This document shows, piece by piece, positions 39,455-49,849 of a stretch of DNA of 64,000 nucleotides. Position numbers and translations under genes: made by a program. Below the pieces are notes generated by a model that saw nothing but the letters and a program-made list of their open reading frames with translations, had not been told where the DNA came from and ran no database searches. The DNA lies in assembly GCA_035499735.1 (NCBI GenBank), contig DATJYC010000049.1:147070-211069 (forward strand), given 5' to 3'. Source of the DNA: Burkholderiales bacterium (lineage in GTDB: Bacteria > Pseudomonadota > Gammaproteobacteria > Burkholderiales > SG8-39). How positions within the stretch are numbered: the stretch's first letter is position 1; each line of letters begins with the position of its first letter.

Positions 39455-41149
39455 ATGAACGACCGGGCATCCGCAACGGCTCCGCCGCAGGGAAAGCGCT
39501 CCCGCGTGCGCGCCACCCCCAAGGGCCGCCAGGTCGATCCCAAGGCGCGGGACGAGGTCCGCGCGCTGCTCAAGGATGATCCGCGCCGGCGCGACCTGCT
39601 GATCGAATACCTGCACCGCATCCAGGACCGCTACGGGCACCTGTCGGCGCGCCATCTGGTCGCGCTCGCCGACGAGATGAAGCTCGCGATGACCGAGGTC
39701 TACGAGGTCGCGACGTTCTACCACCACTTCGACGTGGTGAAGGAAGGCGAGGCTGCGCCGCCGGCGATCACCGTGCGCGTATGCGACTCGATCTCCTGCG
39801 AGATGGCGGGGGCGAACGCGCTGCTCGCCAAGCTTCCCGGCATCCTCGGCAAGGACGTGCGCGTGCTGCACGCGCCGTGCATCGGGCGCTGCGAGGCCGC
39901 GCCGGCCGCAGTCGTGGGGCAGAACCCGGTCCCGCACGCGAACGCCGAGAAGATCGCCGCGCTGGTGAAGGGCAAGGCCGTGAAGCATCCGACGCAGGCC
40001 TATATCGACTACTCGGCCTACCGCGCGAAGGGCGGCTACACGCTCGCCAAGGCCTGCCTCGACGGAGCGAGGAAGCGCGAGGACGTGATCGCAACGATGG
40101 AGAACTCCGGCCTTCGCGGTCTTGGCGGCGCCGGCTTCCCGGCCGGGCGCAAGTGGAAGGCGGTCGCCGCCGAGCCGGCGCCGCGCCTGATGGCGATCAA
40201 CATCGACGAAGGCGAGCCGGGCACCTTCAAGGACCGCTGGTACCTCGAGCGCGATCCGCACCGTTTCATCGAGGGCGCGCTCATCGCCGCGTGGGCGGTC
40301 GGTATCGACGAGATCTACGTGTACCTGCGCGACGAATACCACGGCTGCCGCGCGATCCTGGAGAGGGAGCTTGCGGCGCTCAAGGCCGACCCGCCGTGCA
40401 CGATGCCGCCGATCCACCTGCGCCGCGGCGCAGGCGCCTACATCTGCGGCGAGGAATCGGCGATGATCGAATCGATCGAGGGCAAGCGCGGCATGCCGCG
40501 CCTGCGCCCGCCCTATGTCGCGCAGGTGGGACTCTTCGACCGGCCGACGCTCGAGCACAACATGGAGACGCTGCACTGGGTGCGCGAGATCCTGGAGCGC
40601 GGCGCGGAGTGGTTCTCCTCGCAGGGCAGGAACGGCCGCAAGGGCATGCGCTCGTTCTCGGTGAGCGGCCGCGTGAAGAAGCCCGGCGTCCACCTCGCGC
40701 CAGCCGGCATCACCGTGAAGGAGCTCATCGCCGAGTACTGCGGCGGGATGCAGAACGGCCACGCGTTCTACGGCTACCTGCCCGGCGGCGCCTCCGGCGG
40801 GATACTGCCGGCGTCGATGGCGGACATCCCGCTCGACTTCGATACGCTCAACCAGTACGGCTGCTTCATCGGCTCGGCCGCGGTGGTGATCCTCTCCGAC
40901 AAGGACCGAGCGACGACCGCCGCGCGCAACCTGACCCGGTTCTTCTCCGAGGAATCGTGCGGCCAGTGCACGCCCTGCCGCGTGGGCACAGCGAAGACGC
41001 TCAGGCTCATCGCGGAGAAGAAGTGGGATCAGCCCCTGCTCAAGGAACTTTCCGCGGCGATGATGGACGCATCCATATGCGGGTTGGGGCAGGCGGCGCC
41101 CAACCCCGTGCTTTCCGTAATGAAGTACTTCCCGAACGAGGTCGCATGA
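39455..41149 (+). CDS. fdsB: NAD-dependent formate dehydrogenase beta subunit (fused NuoE-like and NuoF-like modules)
   Basis: The N-terminal thioredoxin-like 2Fe-2S module (CDSISC...CIGRC) is fused to an FMN/NADH-binding module (GLRGLGGAGFPAGRKW, ESCGQCTPCRVG). This resembles the two-subunit Fdh1B/FdsGB-fusion type. Confidence 0.85.
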   Translation: MNDRASATAPPQGKRSRVRATPKGRQVDPKARDEVRALLKDDPRRRDLLIEYLHRIQDRYGHLSARHLVALADEMKLAMTEVYEVATFYHHFDVVKEGEAAPPAITVRVCDSISCEMAGANALLAKLPGILGKDVRVLHAPCIGRCEAAPAAVVGQNPVPHANAEKIAALVKGKAVKHPTQAYIDYSAYRAKGGYTLAKACLDGARKREDVIATMENSGLRGLGGAGFPAGRKWKAVAAEPAPRLMAINIDEGEPGTFKDRWYLERDPHRFIEGALIAAWAVGIDEIYVYLRDEYHGCRAILERELAALKADPPCTMPPIHLRRGAGAYICGEESAMIESIEGKRGMPRLRPPYVAQVGLFDRPTLEHNMETLHWVREILERGAEWFSSQGRNGRKGMRSFSVSGRVKKPGVHLAPAGITVKELIAEYCGGMQNGHAFYGYLPGGASGGILPASMADIPLDFDTLNQYGCFIGSAAVVILSDKDRATTAARNLTRFFSEESCGQCTPCRVGTAKTLRLIAEKKWDQPLLKELSAAMMDASICGLGQAAPNPVLSVMKYFPNEVA

Positions 41150-41165
41150 CGGCCGGAGGCGACAC

Positions 41166-43970
41166 ATGGACCGCATAAGCACCGCGCAGGCGGCGACGAT
41201 GCCCGTCGAGTTCAAGCTGAACGGCAGGAGCGTCGTCGGCCGGTCGGACGAAACCATCATCGAGACCGCCCAGCATTACGGAATCGACATCCCGCACCTC
41301 TGCTACAAGGAAGGGCTGCGGCCCGACGGCAACTGCCGCGCCTGCGTGGTCGAGATCAAGGGCGAGCGGGTGCTCGCGCCCTCGTGCTGCCGCACGCCCA
41401 AGGACGGCATGGAGGTCACCACCGACAGCCCGCGCGCCGTCGCGAGCCAGAAGATGGTGCTCGAGCTGCTGCTGTCCGACATCCCCGAAAAATCGTACAC
41501 GCTGAACTCCGAGCTCGACCGCTGGGCGAAAGATCTGAAGGTCGGCAAGCCCAGGTTCGAATCGCGCCACCAGCCGGAGGCGGATTGCTCGCACGCGGCG
41601 ATCGCGGTGAACCTGGACGCGTGCATACAGTGCACGCGCTGCCTGAGAGCCTGCCGCGAGGAGCAGGTCAACGACGTCATCGGCTACGCCTTCCGCGGCG
41701 AGCACTCGAAGATCGTCTTCGACCTCGACGACCCGATGGGGAATTCGACCTGCGTCGCCTGCGGCGAGTGCGTCCAGGCCTGCCCGACGGGCGCGCTGAT
41801 GCCGGCGCGCGAGGTCGGCAAGATCGTCGCCGACAAGACCGTGGATTCGGTCTGCCCCTACTGCGGCGTGGGCTGCCTGCTCACCTACAACGTCAAAGGC
41901 AACAAGATCCTCTGGGTGCAGGGCCGCGAGGGTCCCGCCAACAGCAACCGGCTGTGCGTGAAGGGGCGCTACGGCTTCGACTACGTGCAGCACAAGCACC
42001 GCCTCACCCGGCCGCTCATCCGCAAGCCGGGCGTGAAGAAGCACAAGGACTTCAGGGTCGATCCCGACAACTGGGCGGAAGTGTTCCGCCAGGCGAGCTG
42101 GGAAGAGGCGCTCGACTTCGCCGCGAAGGGGCTGCGAGACATCCGCGATACCCAGGGCAAGAAGGCGCTCGCCGGCTTCGGCTCGGCGAAGGGCACGAAC
42201 GAGGAGGCCTACCTCTTCCAGAAGCTCGTGCGCACGGGCTTCGGCTCGAACAACGTCGACCACTGCACGCGCCTGTGCCACGCCTCCTCGGTCGCGGCGC
42301 TCATGGAGGGCATCAACTCGGGCGCGGTATCGAACCAGGTGCGCGACGTGATGAAGGCGGAAGTGATCTTCCTGATCGGCGCCAACCCGACGGTGAACCA
42401 CCCGGTCGCCGCGACCTGGATGAAGAACGCCGCCAAATCCGGCGTGAAGCTCATCGTCGCCGACCCGCGCCGCGGCGAGCTCGCGCGCCATGCGACCTAT
42501 AACCTGCAGTTCAAGGCGGACACCGATGTCGCGCTGCTGAACGCGATGTTGCACACGATCGTCGAGGAAGGACTCGTGAACGAGGCCTTCATCCGCGACC
42601 GCACCTCGGGCTACGAGGCGCTCGCCGAGAACGTCAGGAAATTCACCCCGGAGGCGATGGCGCCGATCTGCGGCATCGACGCGCAGACGATCCGCGAAGT
42701 CGCGCGGCTCTATGCGACCTCCAAGGGCTCGATGATCATGTGGGGCATGGGCATCTCGCAGCACGTTCACGGCACCGACAACGCGAGGTGCCTCATCGCG
42801 CTGGCTCTTTCGACCGGCCAGATCGGCAAGCCGGGCTCGGGGCTGCATCCGCTTCGCGGACAGAACAACGTGCAGGGCGCCTCGGACTCGGGTCTGATCC
42901 CGATGTTCTATCCGGACTACCAGCGCGTGGCGACGCCCGAGGCGAAGGCGCGCTTCGAGAAGCTCTGGGGCACGGAGCTCGATCCCAAGCCCGGCCTCAC
43001 CGTGGTCGAGATCATGAACGCCGCGAAGAAGCGCGAGATCCGCGGCATGTACATCATGGGCGAGAACCCGGCGATGTCCGACCCCGACGTCGACCACGCG
43101 CGCGAGGCACTCGCGTCGCTCGATCACATGGTGGTGCAGGACATCTTCCTCACGGAAACGGCGTATCTCGCCGACGTGGTGCTGCCGGCGACCGCGTGGC
43201 CGGAGAAGGTCGGAACCGTCACCAACACCGATCGCATGGTGCAGCTCGGCCGTAAGGCGATCGAGCCGCCGGGCGAGGCGAAAGAGGACTTCTGGCTCCT
43301 CAACGAGCTTGCCAGGCGCATGGGCCTGCCGTGGAACTACACGCATCCGCGCGAGGTGTTCGACGAGATGCGCCAGTGCATGGACTCGATCGCCGGAATC
43401 ACCTGGGAGCGCCTCGAGCGCGACTCCTCGGTCACCTATCCTTGCGAGAAGGAAGGCGATCCGGGTGAGCCGGTCGTGTTCACTACGCATTTCCCGACGA
43501 CCACCGGCCGCGGCAAGTTCGTTCCCGCGGACCTGATCCCGGCGGCGGAGCGTCCGGACGAGCAGTATCCGATGGTCCTCATCACAGGCCGCCAGCTCGA
43601 GCACTGGCACACCGGCGCGATGACGCGCCGCGCCAGCGTGCTCGACCACATCGAGCCCGAACCGGTCGCCTCCTTCCATCCGCTCGACCTCGACCGCTTC
43701 GGCGCGAAGCCCGGCGACATCGTCACCGTCGAGTCGCGCCGCGGCAAGATCTCGCTCTACGCCCGCGCCGACGAGGGCACGCCTCAGGGTGCGCTGTTCA
43801 TCCCGTTCTGCTACTACGAGGCGGCGGCGAACATGCTCACCAACCCGGTGCTCGATCCCTTCGGAAAGATCCCCGAGTTCAAGTACTGTGCTGTCAGAGT
43901 AACGAGAGGCGGGCTCGAGCCGGTGCACGCGAGCTACGGCGGCGGCAAGGCGCTGGCCGAACTGCGGTAG
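41166..43970 (+). CDS. fdsA: NAD-dependent formate dehydrogenase alpha subunit (Mo/W-bis-MGD, Cys type)
   Basis: GGAGG SD 7 nt upstream. N-terminal 2Fe-2S and 4Fe-4S Cys clusters plus a molybdopterin oxidoreductase body. The active-site region VDHCTRLCHASS has Cys (TGC), not a TGA codon. Confidence 0.9.
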   Translation: MDRISTAQAATMPVEFKLNGRSVVGRSDETIIETAQHYGIDIPHLCYKEGLRPDGNCRACVVEIKGERVLAPSCCRTPKDGMEVTTDSPRAVASQKMVLELLLSDIPEKSYTLNSELDRWAKDLKVGKPRFESRHQPEADCSHAAIAVNLDACIQCTRCLRACREEQVNDVIGYAFRGEHSKIVFDLDDPMGNSTCVACGECVQACPTGALMPAREVGKIVADKTVDSVCPYCGVGCLLTYNVKGNKILWVQGREGPANSNRLCVKGRYGFDYVQHKHRLTRPLIRKPGVKKHKDFRVDPDNWAEVFRQASWEEALDFAAKGLRDIRDTQGKKALAGFGSAKGTNEEAYLFQKLVRTGFGSNNVDHCTRLCHASSVAALMEGINSGAVSNQVRDVMKAEVIFLIGANPTVNHPVAATWMKNAAKSGVKLIVADPRRGELARHATYNLQFKADTDVALLNAMLHTIVEEGLVNEAFIRDRTSGYEALAENVRKFTPEAMAPICGIDAQTIREVARLYATSKGSMIMWGMGISQHVHGTDNARCLIALALSTGQIGKPGSGLHPLRGQNNVQGASDSGLIPMFYPDYQRVATPEAKARFEKLWGTELDPKPGLTVVEIMNAAKKREIRGMYIMGENPAMSDPDVDHAREALASLDHMVVQDIFLTETAYLADVVLPATAWPEKVGTVTNTDRMVQLGRKAIEPPGEAKEDFWLLNELARRMGLPWNYTHPREVFDEMRQCMDSIAGITWERLERDSSVTYPCEKEGDPGEPVVFTTHFPTTTGRGKFVPADLIPAAERPDEQYPMVLITGRQLEHWHTGAMTRRASVLDHIEPEPVASFHPLDLDRFGAKPGDIVTVESRRGKISLYARADEGTPQGALFIPFCYYEAAANMLTNPVLDPFGKIPEFKYCAVRVTRGGLEPVHASYGGGKALAELR

Positions 43971-44019
43971 ACTCCCGTCGTAGGCCCGCGTCCGCCGGGT
44001 CGTGTCTGGGAGGACAAGC

Positions 44020-45078
44020 ATGAAAGCCATTGGAATCGCGCTCGCGCTCGCCTGCGCGGCGTCTCTTTCGTTTGCAGCCGGCACCGACGACCTGTGGGAG
44101 GTCACCACGCAGATGAACGTGCCGGGGATGCCCCCCGGAATGGGCGGAAACACCTCGCAGCAATGCTACGAGAAGGACATGCGCAAGAACGTCACGAAGG
44201 GCAAAAACGCGCAGGGATGCACCGTGACGGACTACAAGGAGTCCGGGAACAAGATCACCATCACGATGAGCTGCAAGAACAACCGGTCGGCGGTCATGGA
44301 ATACGTGTTCAACCCGGGCCGCACCGAATACAAGGGCACGATGCGCATGAAGGACGGCGGCCGGGACATGGTCATGAACATGAGCGGCAGGAAGATCGGC
44401 GCCTGCGACGCGCAGCAAGCGAAGAGCGAGCGGGAGCAGGCGAGGAGCGAGCGCGAAGGGCAGATCGCCGCCATGAAGGCCCAGGCCGATGCCGCGCGGG
44501 CCCAGGGCGAGCAGGCCAGGAAGCAGGCCTTCGACGCCCAGATCGCGGAATGCAGCAAGGCGGTCGACACCATGGACATGGGCAAGCTCGGCATGTACGG
44601 GCGCTGCTACAAGAAGAGCGACGATACCTGCAAGACCATCATGAGCAACGCCGCCATGACCTCGCCCGAGGTGCGGTCGGCCTGCACCGCGAAGGCGGCC
44701 GAATTCTGCAAGCGCTACCAGACCCAGGACGGCTTCGCCAAGGCCAGGGGCGACAAGAACGCGGCGGAGATGTGCGGCCTGTCCGCGGACCAGGTGAAGG
44801 CGTCGCTGTGCCCGGGCGCGGCGAAGGCCGAGTCGCTCGATTTCGTCGGCCGCTATTGCCCGAACGAGGCCAAGCCGCTGGCGAAGAAATATTGCACCGG
44901 CCGCGACTACACCTCGAGGGACGGCGGGAAATATGCGGCCCTGTGTTCGAGCTATGCCCTGGAATCCACTACGCCGCAGCGCCCGGCAAGCAGCGGGCAG
45001 TCCACCCCCGCTAAGAGCGCAGTCCAGCAGGGTGTCGACCAGGGCGTCAACAAGCTGAGAGGGCTGTTCGGGAGATAG
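44020..45078 (+). CDS. Secreted protein with DUF3617-like N-terminal domain, coiled-coil and Cys-rich C-terminal region
   Basis: GGGAGGA SD and signal peptide MKAIGIALALACAASLSFA. The DLWEV...C...C... pattern resembles DUF3617. There is a Q/A/R/E-rich helix followed by 10 Cys in the C-terminal half. Confidence 0.6.
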   Translation: MKAIGIALALACAASLSFAAGTDDLWEVTTQMNVPGMPPGMGGNTSQQCYEKDMRKNVTKGKNAQGCTVTDYKESGNKITITMSCKNNRSAVMEYVFNPGRTEYKGTMRMKDGGRDMVMNMSGRKIGACDAQQAKSEREQARSEREGQIAAMKAQADAARAQGEQARKQAFDAQIAECSKAVDTMDMGKLGMYGRCYKKSDDTCKTIMSNAAMTSPEVRSACTAKAAEFCKRYQTQDGFAKARGDKNAAEMCGLSADQVKASLCPGAAKAESLDFVGRYCPNEAKPLAKKYCTGRDYTSRDGGKYAALCSSYALESTTPQRPASSGQSTPAKSAVQQGVDQGVNKLRGLFGR

Positions 45079-45085
45079 CCCGGCC

Positions 45086-45877
45086 GTGCTGCGCCGGCTC
45101 GCGCTCCTCGCGCTCGTCGCCGCGGGCTGCGCGCAAGCCGAAGAGGACCGCTATCCGCAGGTCGCGGATGCCTACCTCGTGAAGCGCGACGGCGTGCTGC
45201 TGTGGGCAGGCAGGCCGAGGGACAGGCTGCCCCCGGCGAGCCTCGCCAAGATGATGACGGCGCTGCTAGTGCTCGAGCGCGGCGATCTCGACCGCGTCAT
45301 CGAATTGGACGGTGGCGTGGCGCTCGAGACGGGACGGCGACTCGGTCTCAGGCCCGGAGAAAGATGGCGCATTCGCGACCTGTTCGCCGCCATGGTGGTC
45401 CGCTCTGCGAATGACGCCTGCCGCGCGCTGGCGGACGACATGGGCCGGACCGTCCCGAGGTTCGTCGCGATGATGAACCGCCGCGCCGCGGCGCTTGAGC
45501 TCCGGGACACACACTTCGTCGATCCCTGCGGGCACGACCGGAAGCGGCAGTTCTCCACCGCCCAGGATCTCGCTCGGCTCGCCGAGGAAGTCATCAGGCA
45601 TCCGGGCTATCTCCGGCTGGCGGGAATGCCGCGGGCCGCGATCAGCAGCGCCGACGGAACGCACATCTTCGAGTTCGACAACACGAATGCCCTCATCGGG
45701 CGGTATCCGGGCGCCATCGGCGTAAAGACCGGGTATACCGAGCTGGCGGGGACCTGCCTCGTGGCGCTCGCCGAGCGCGACGGCGTGCGAGTTCTGGTGG
45801 TGATGCTCAACGCCCGCAACCGGTGGTGGCACGCCGTGGGACTGCTCGATCGCGCCTTCGACGCCCGGCCGCAATGA
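45086..45877 (+). CDS. D-alanyl-D-alanine carboxypeptidase (peptidase S11) family protein
   Basis: SxxK (SLAKMMT), SxN (SAND) and KTG motifs. Signal or lipoprotein-like N-terminus LVAAGC. GTG start. Confidence 0.85.
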   Translation: MLRRLALLALVAAGCAQAEEDRYPQVADAYLVKRDGVLLWAGRPRDRLPPASLAKMMTALLVLERGDLDRVIELDGGVALETGRRLGLRPGERWRIRDLFAAMVVRSANDACRALADDMGRTVPRFVAMMNRRAAALELRDTHFVDPCGHDRKRQFSTAQDLARLAEEVIRHPGYLRLAGMPRAAISSADGTHIFEFDNTNALIGRYPGAIGVKTGYTELAGTCLVALAERDGVRVLVVMLNARNRWWHAVGLLDRAFDARPQ

Positions 45878-47211
45878 CGGTCCGGCGCGAGGCGTGGGTG
45901 CCGGCGATCGTCGCTTTCGCCGCCTACCTGCCGTCGTTCGCCGGCGTGTTCCAGTTCGACGACTACAACGTCATCGTCAACGCCCCGGCGGTGCATTCCT
46001 GGCAGGCGCTGGTCGGCAACCTCGGGGTGCGGCCGCTCCTCAAGGCGAGCTACGTGCTGAACTGGACGCTCGCTCCTGGAGAGTTCGGTTTTCACCTTGT
46101 CAACATCGCGGCGCACGCGCTCAACGCGGCGCTGCTCTACCTGGTCGGCTTCACGCTGTGCGTGCGCTGGTTCGGGGAGGCGGATCCGGACCGGTCGCGC
46201 GGCGTGGCGCTCGCCGCGGCCCTGCTCTTCGCGCTGCACCCCGCGCAGACCGAGGCGGTGACCTACATCAGCGGGCGCTCGGTATCCCTCATGGCGACCT
46301 TCTATCTCGGCGCCGTGCTCGTGTATCTACGCCGCGGGCATTGGGCCGTGTCGGCGCTGCTCTTCGCGCTCGCGCTGGCGACGCGCGAGACCGCGGTCAC
46401 CCTGCCGGCGGCGCTGATCCTGTGCGAGCTGTGCGGCGGAGGCCCGCGAAGCTGGAAGGACGTGCTGCGGCGGCAGGCAGCGCATTGGGCGGTGCTGACG
46501 GCGGCGACCGCGATCGCGCTGCTGCACCCGGGCTACGCCGAGCTGCTGAGCTACGGGTTTACGCGGCGAAGCGCCCCTGAGAACCTGCTCACCCAGGTGG
46601 GCGGCATCGCCTACCTCGTCTCGCGCCTCCTCGCGCTGCGCGGCTACAACATCGACCCGGCGCTCCCGCCGCTCGCCGGATGGGACGCGGAGCTGGCCGC
46701 GCAGGCGGCGCTGCTCGCCGCGCTGTTCGCGCTCGGTGTTGGCAGCGCGCGCTCGCGCCCGTGGATCGCGTTCGGAATACTCTGGTTCTTCCTTCAGCTC
46801 GCGCCGACGAATTCGATCGTTCCGCGCCTGGACGTCGCGAACGACCGCCAGCTCTACCTCTCGGCATGGGGGCTGTTCCTCGCGCTCGGCGCGCAAGCCT
46901 CCCGACTCAGGCCGCCCCCGGCGGCGGCGCGCGCGGCGACCGGTATCCTGCTCGGACTGTGCGCTGTCTCATGCGTTCTGCGGCAGCTCGACTACGCCAG
47001 CGAGATCTCGCTCTGGGAATCGAGCGTGCGCGAAGCGCCTTGGAACGCCCGCGCGCACGGCAACCTCGGCTACGCGTACCATCTCGCCGGACGAACCGCG
47101 GACGCGGAGCGCGAGTATCGATCAGCGCTTATCCTGCGGCCGGGTTACGGGAAGGCGCGAATGAATCTCAAGGCGCTCGAATGGGATCGCGAGGGTGCGC
47201 CGCAGCAGTGA
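45874..47211 (+). CDS. Polytopic membrane protein with C-terminal TPR repeats (TMTC/PMT-like glycosyltransferase fold candidate)
   Basis: ATGA overlap with the upstream stop. N-terminal FQFDDYNVIVNAP motif, about 9-10 TM helices and C-terminal TPRs (NARAHGNLGYAYHLAGRTADAEREYRSAL). Confidence 0.6.
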   Translation: MTVRREAWVPAIVAFAAYLPSFAGVFQFDDYNVIVNAPAVHSWQALVGNLGVRPLLKASYVLNWTLAPGEFGFHLVNIAAHALNAALLYLVGFTLCVRWFGEADPDRSRGVALAAALLFALHPAQTEAVTYISGRSVSLMATFYLGAVLVYLRRGHWAVSALLFALALATRETAVTLPAALILCELCGGGPRSWKDVLRRQAAHWAVLTAATAIALLHPGYAELLSYGFTRRSAPENLLTQVGGIAYLVSRLLALRGYNIDPALPPLAGWDAELAAQAALLAALFALGVGSARSRPWIAFGILWFFLQLAPTNSIVPRLDVANDRQLYLSAWGLFLALGAQASRLRPPPAAARAATGILLGLCAVSCVLRQLDYASEISLWESSVREAPWNARAHGNLGYAYHLAGRTADAEREYRSALILRPGYGKARMNLKALEWDREGAPQQ

Positions 47212-47244
47212 GGCCCGAGCCCCGCGCCCTGCGCCGCAACCCTC

Positions 47245-47258
47245 TTGATTTCCGTCAA
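47245..47258 (+). promoter_or_regulatory. Crp/Fnr-type box TTGAT-TTCC-GTCAA upstream of fhs
   Basis: Read from the sequence. A TATAGT -10 hexamer at 47282-47287 lies about 30 nt from the box centre. An AGGAG SD precedes ATG 47335. Confidence 0.6.
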
Positions 47259-47334
47259 TGTCCGGCCAAATGCACACACCGTATAGTGCTCCTCCGCCAC
47301 GACCGATCGTTCCGGAAGCCCACAGGAGCCGTAG

Positions 47335-49005
47335 ATGCCCTCCGACATAGAAATCGCGCAGAAAGCCAAACTCGAACGCATCTCGAAGGTCGCGCTGTCG
47401 AAGCTCGGAATTCCCGAGGAGCATCTGGAGCCCTACGGGCACTACAAGGCGAAGGTCTCGCTCAAGTACCTCGACGGGCTGAAGGCGAAGCCCGACTCCA
47501 AGCTCGTGCTGGTCACGGCGATCAGCCCCACGCCTGCCGGCGAGGGCAAGACGACGACGACGGTGGGGCTGGGCGATGCGCTCAACCACATCGGCAAGAA
47601 GGCGATGATCTGCCTGCGCGAGCCTTCGCTCGGGCCCGTATTCGGCATGAAGGGCGGGGCCGCCGGCGGCGGCTACGCCCAGGTCGTCCCGATGGAAGAC
47701 ATCAACCTGCACTTCACGGGCGACTTCAACGCGATCGCGCTCGCGAACAACCTGCTTGCCGCGATGCTCGACAACCACATCCATCACGGCAACGAGCTCG
47801 GGATCGACGTGCGCCGCATCGCCTGGCGGCGCGTCGTGGACATGAACGATCGCGCGCTGCGCGACATCACGGTGAGCCTCGGCGGACCCGGCAACGGCTA
47901 CCCGCGCCAGGACGGATTCGACATCGTCGTCGCTTCCGAAGTCATGGCGATCTTCTGCCTGTCGACCTCGCTCGAAGACCTGAAGGAGCGCCTGGGCAAG
48001 ATCGTCGTCGGCTACACCCGCGACCTGAAGCCTGTTCTGGCGAAGGACCTCGGCGCCCACGGCGCCATGACGGTGCTGCTCAAGGACGCGATCCAGCCGA
48101 ACCTGGTGCAGACGCTCGAGAACAACCCCGCGTTCATCCACGGCGGCCCGTTCGCCAACATCGCGCACGGCTGCAATTCGGTGATCGCCACCAGGGCGGC
48201 GATGAAGCTCGTCGACTACGTGGTGACGGAAGCGGGCTTCGGTGCCGACCTGGGGGCGGAGAAGTTCATCGACATCAAGTGCCGCAAGTCCGGGCTGCGA
48301 CCGAGCGCCGCCGTTATCGTCGGCACGGTGCGTGCGCTGAAATACCACGGGGGCGTAGACCTGAAAGCGGTCAATCAGGAGAACATGGCCGCGCTCGAGC
48401 GGGGCATCGTGAACCTCGAGCGGCACGTCGAGAACGTGAGCAAGCACTATGGCATTCCTTGCGTGGTGTCCATCAACCGCTTCACCTTCGATACGCCACG
48501 CGAGCACGACTTCATCAAGGCGAGGATGGCCAAGCTCGGTGTCCCGGCGGTGATCGCCACGCACTGGGGCGACGGCGGCAAGGGCGCCGCCGAGCTCGCG
48601 AAGATCGTCGTCGGCCTGTGCGAGACGAAGAACAGCTTTCACTTCGTCTACGGCGAGAACGATTCCTTGTGGGAGAAGATCACAGCGATCGCCCAGCGCA
48701 TCTACCGGGCCTCGGAAGTCACCGCGGACGCCAAAGTGCGTGGCCAGATCAAGAAGCTCCAGGAAGACGGGTATGGGCATTATCCCGTGTGCGTCGCCAA
48801 GACCCAGTACTCCTTCTCGACGGATCCGCAGCTGCGCGGCGCCCCGGACAACCACGTGATCAACATCCGCGAGGTGCGCCTGGCGGCGGGCGCCGAGTTC
48901 ATCGTGATGATCTGCGGAGACGTCATGACCATGCCGGGGCTGCCCAAGGTGCCGTCGGCGGTCAAGATCGATCTGGTCGACGGAAAAGTGGTCGGCTTGT
49001 TCTGA
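47335..49005 (+). CDS. fhs: Formate--tetrahydrofolate ligase
   Basis: [14 protein letters not shown]-terminus, P-loop [14 protein letters not shown] and FTHFS sequence throughout. Confidence 0.93.
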   Translation: MPSDIEIAQKAKLERISKVALSKLGIPEEHLEPYGHYKAKVSLKYLDGLKAKPDSKLVLVTAISPTPAGEGKTTTTVGLGDALNHIGKKAMICLREPSLGPVFGMKGGAAGGGYAQVVPMEDINLHFTGDFNAIALANNLLAAMLDNHIHHGNELGIDVRRIAWRRVVDMNDRALRDITVSLGGPGNGYPRQDGFDIVVASEVMAIFCLSTSLEDLKERLGKIVVGYTRDLKPVLAKDLGAHGAMTVLLKDAIQPNLVQTLENNPAFIHGGPFANIAHGCNSVIATRAAMKLVDYVVTEAGFGADLGAEKFIDIKCRKSGLRPSAAVIVGTVRALKYHGGVDLKAVNQENMAALERGIVNLERHVENVSKHYGIPCVVSINRFTFDTPREHDFIKARMAKLGVPAVIATHWGDGGKGAAELAKIVVGLCETKNSFHFVYGENDSLWEKITAIAQRIYRASEVTADAKVRGQIKKLQEDGYGHYPVCVAKTQYSFSTDPQLRGAPDNHVINIREVRLAAGAEFIVMICGDVMTMPGLPKVPSAVKIDLVDGKVVGLF

Positions 49006-49036
49006 TCGCGTAACTCCAGGTCCGGGAGACGAGTGA

Positions 49037-49771
49037 ATGCAAGAGCTGGTCACCTCGCAATTCTGGCTGGGGCTTCTGGCGATCATCTGGGTGAACGTCA
49101 TCCTGTCCGGGGACAACGCGGTCGTGATCGCGTTGGCTGCGCGGTCCCTGCCCGTGCATCAACAGAAGCGGGCGGTGTTCTGGGGCGCGGCCGCCGCGGT
49201 GGTTCTGCGGATCGTTCTGACCATCGTCGCGGTGGAGCTGCTCAAGCTTCCCTACCTCAAGCTCATCGGCGGGGCGCTCCTCTTCTGGATCGCGGTGAAG
49301 CTGCTCGTGCCGGAGGACAGCGAGGGGGACGACGTCGTCTCGAGCTCCCATCTGATCGGCGCTATCAAGACCATTCTGATCGCAGACCTGGTGATGAGCC
49401 TGGACAACGTCATCGCGGTCGCCGCGGTGGCCAAGGGCAGCATCGTGCTGCTCGTGCTCGGCTTGCTGATCAGCATCCCGATGGTGGTATACGGGGCGAC
49501 CATGCTGATGAAGCTGATGGACCGCTTCCCGGTGATCGTCACGGTTGGCGCCGCGCTCATCGGCTTCGTGGCAGGAGAGATGATCGTGACCGATCCGGTC
49601 GTGATCGAATGGTTCAAGGCGAACGCACGCTGGATGATCGATATCGAAGTGTTCCGCGCTTTCGGTTACAAGCTGGAGGTATCGGTGGCGGGCCTCATCG
49701 GCGCGGTGCTGGTGGTCCTCGCCGGAAAGTGGTTGGCGGGGGGCAGCAGACCGGAGGGGCAGGCGAGCTAG
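49037..49771 (+). CDS. TerC/YjbE family integral membrane protein
   Basis: LSGDNAVVIA and a second LSLDNVIAVAAV repeat, characteristic of the TerC family. Confidence 0.85.
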   Translation: MQELVTSQFWLGLLAIIWVNVILSGDNAVVIALAARSLPVHQQKRAVFWGAAAAVVLRIVLTIVAVELLKLPYLKLIGGALLFWIAVKLLVPEDSEGDDVVSSSHLIGAIKTILIADLVMSLDNVIAVAAVAKGSIVLLVLGLLISIPMVVYGATMLMKLMDRFPVIVTVGAALIGFVAGEMIVTDPVVIEWFKANARWMIDIEVFRAFGYKLEVSVAGLIGAVLVVLAGKWLAGGSRPEGQAS

Positions 49772-49849
49772 TCTGGATATAATGGCCGGGTGCGGAAACG
49801 CAGCCGGATGTCAGGAAGCAGCAGGCAGTTCCAACAAAGGAGGAGAGAC

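Noticed and set aside
42261-42281. Possible selenocysteine (in-frame TGA) at the formate dehydrogenase active site
   Set aside because: The active-site codon in ...HCTRLCHASS... is TGC (Cys) at 42276-42278, and the ORF is uninterrupted.
47212-47334. Possible ZTP/THF-type riboswitch in the fhs leader
   Set aside because: I could not recognise the conserved pfl/ZTP or THF riboswitch cores. The leader predicted from the TATAGT hexamer is only about 40 nt.
49006-49036. Possible yybP-ykoY (Mn) riboswitch upstream of the TerC-family gene
   Set aside because: The intergenic spacer is only 31 nt, too short for that element.
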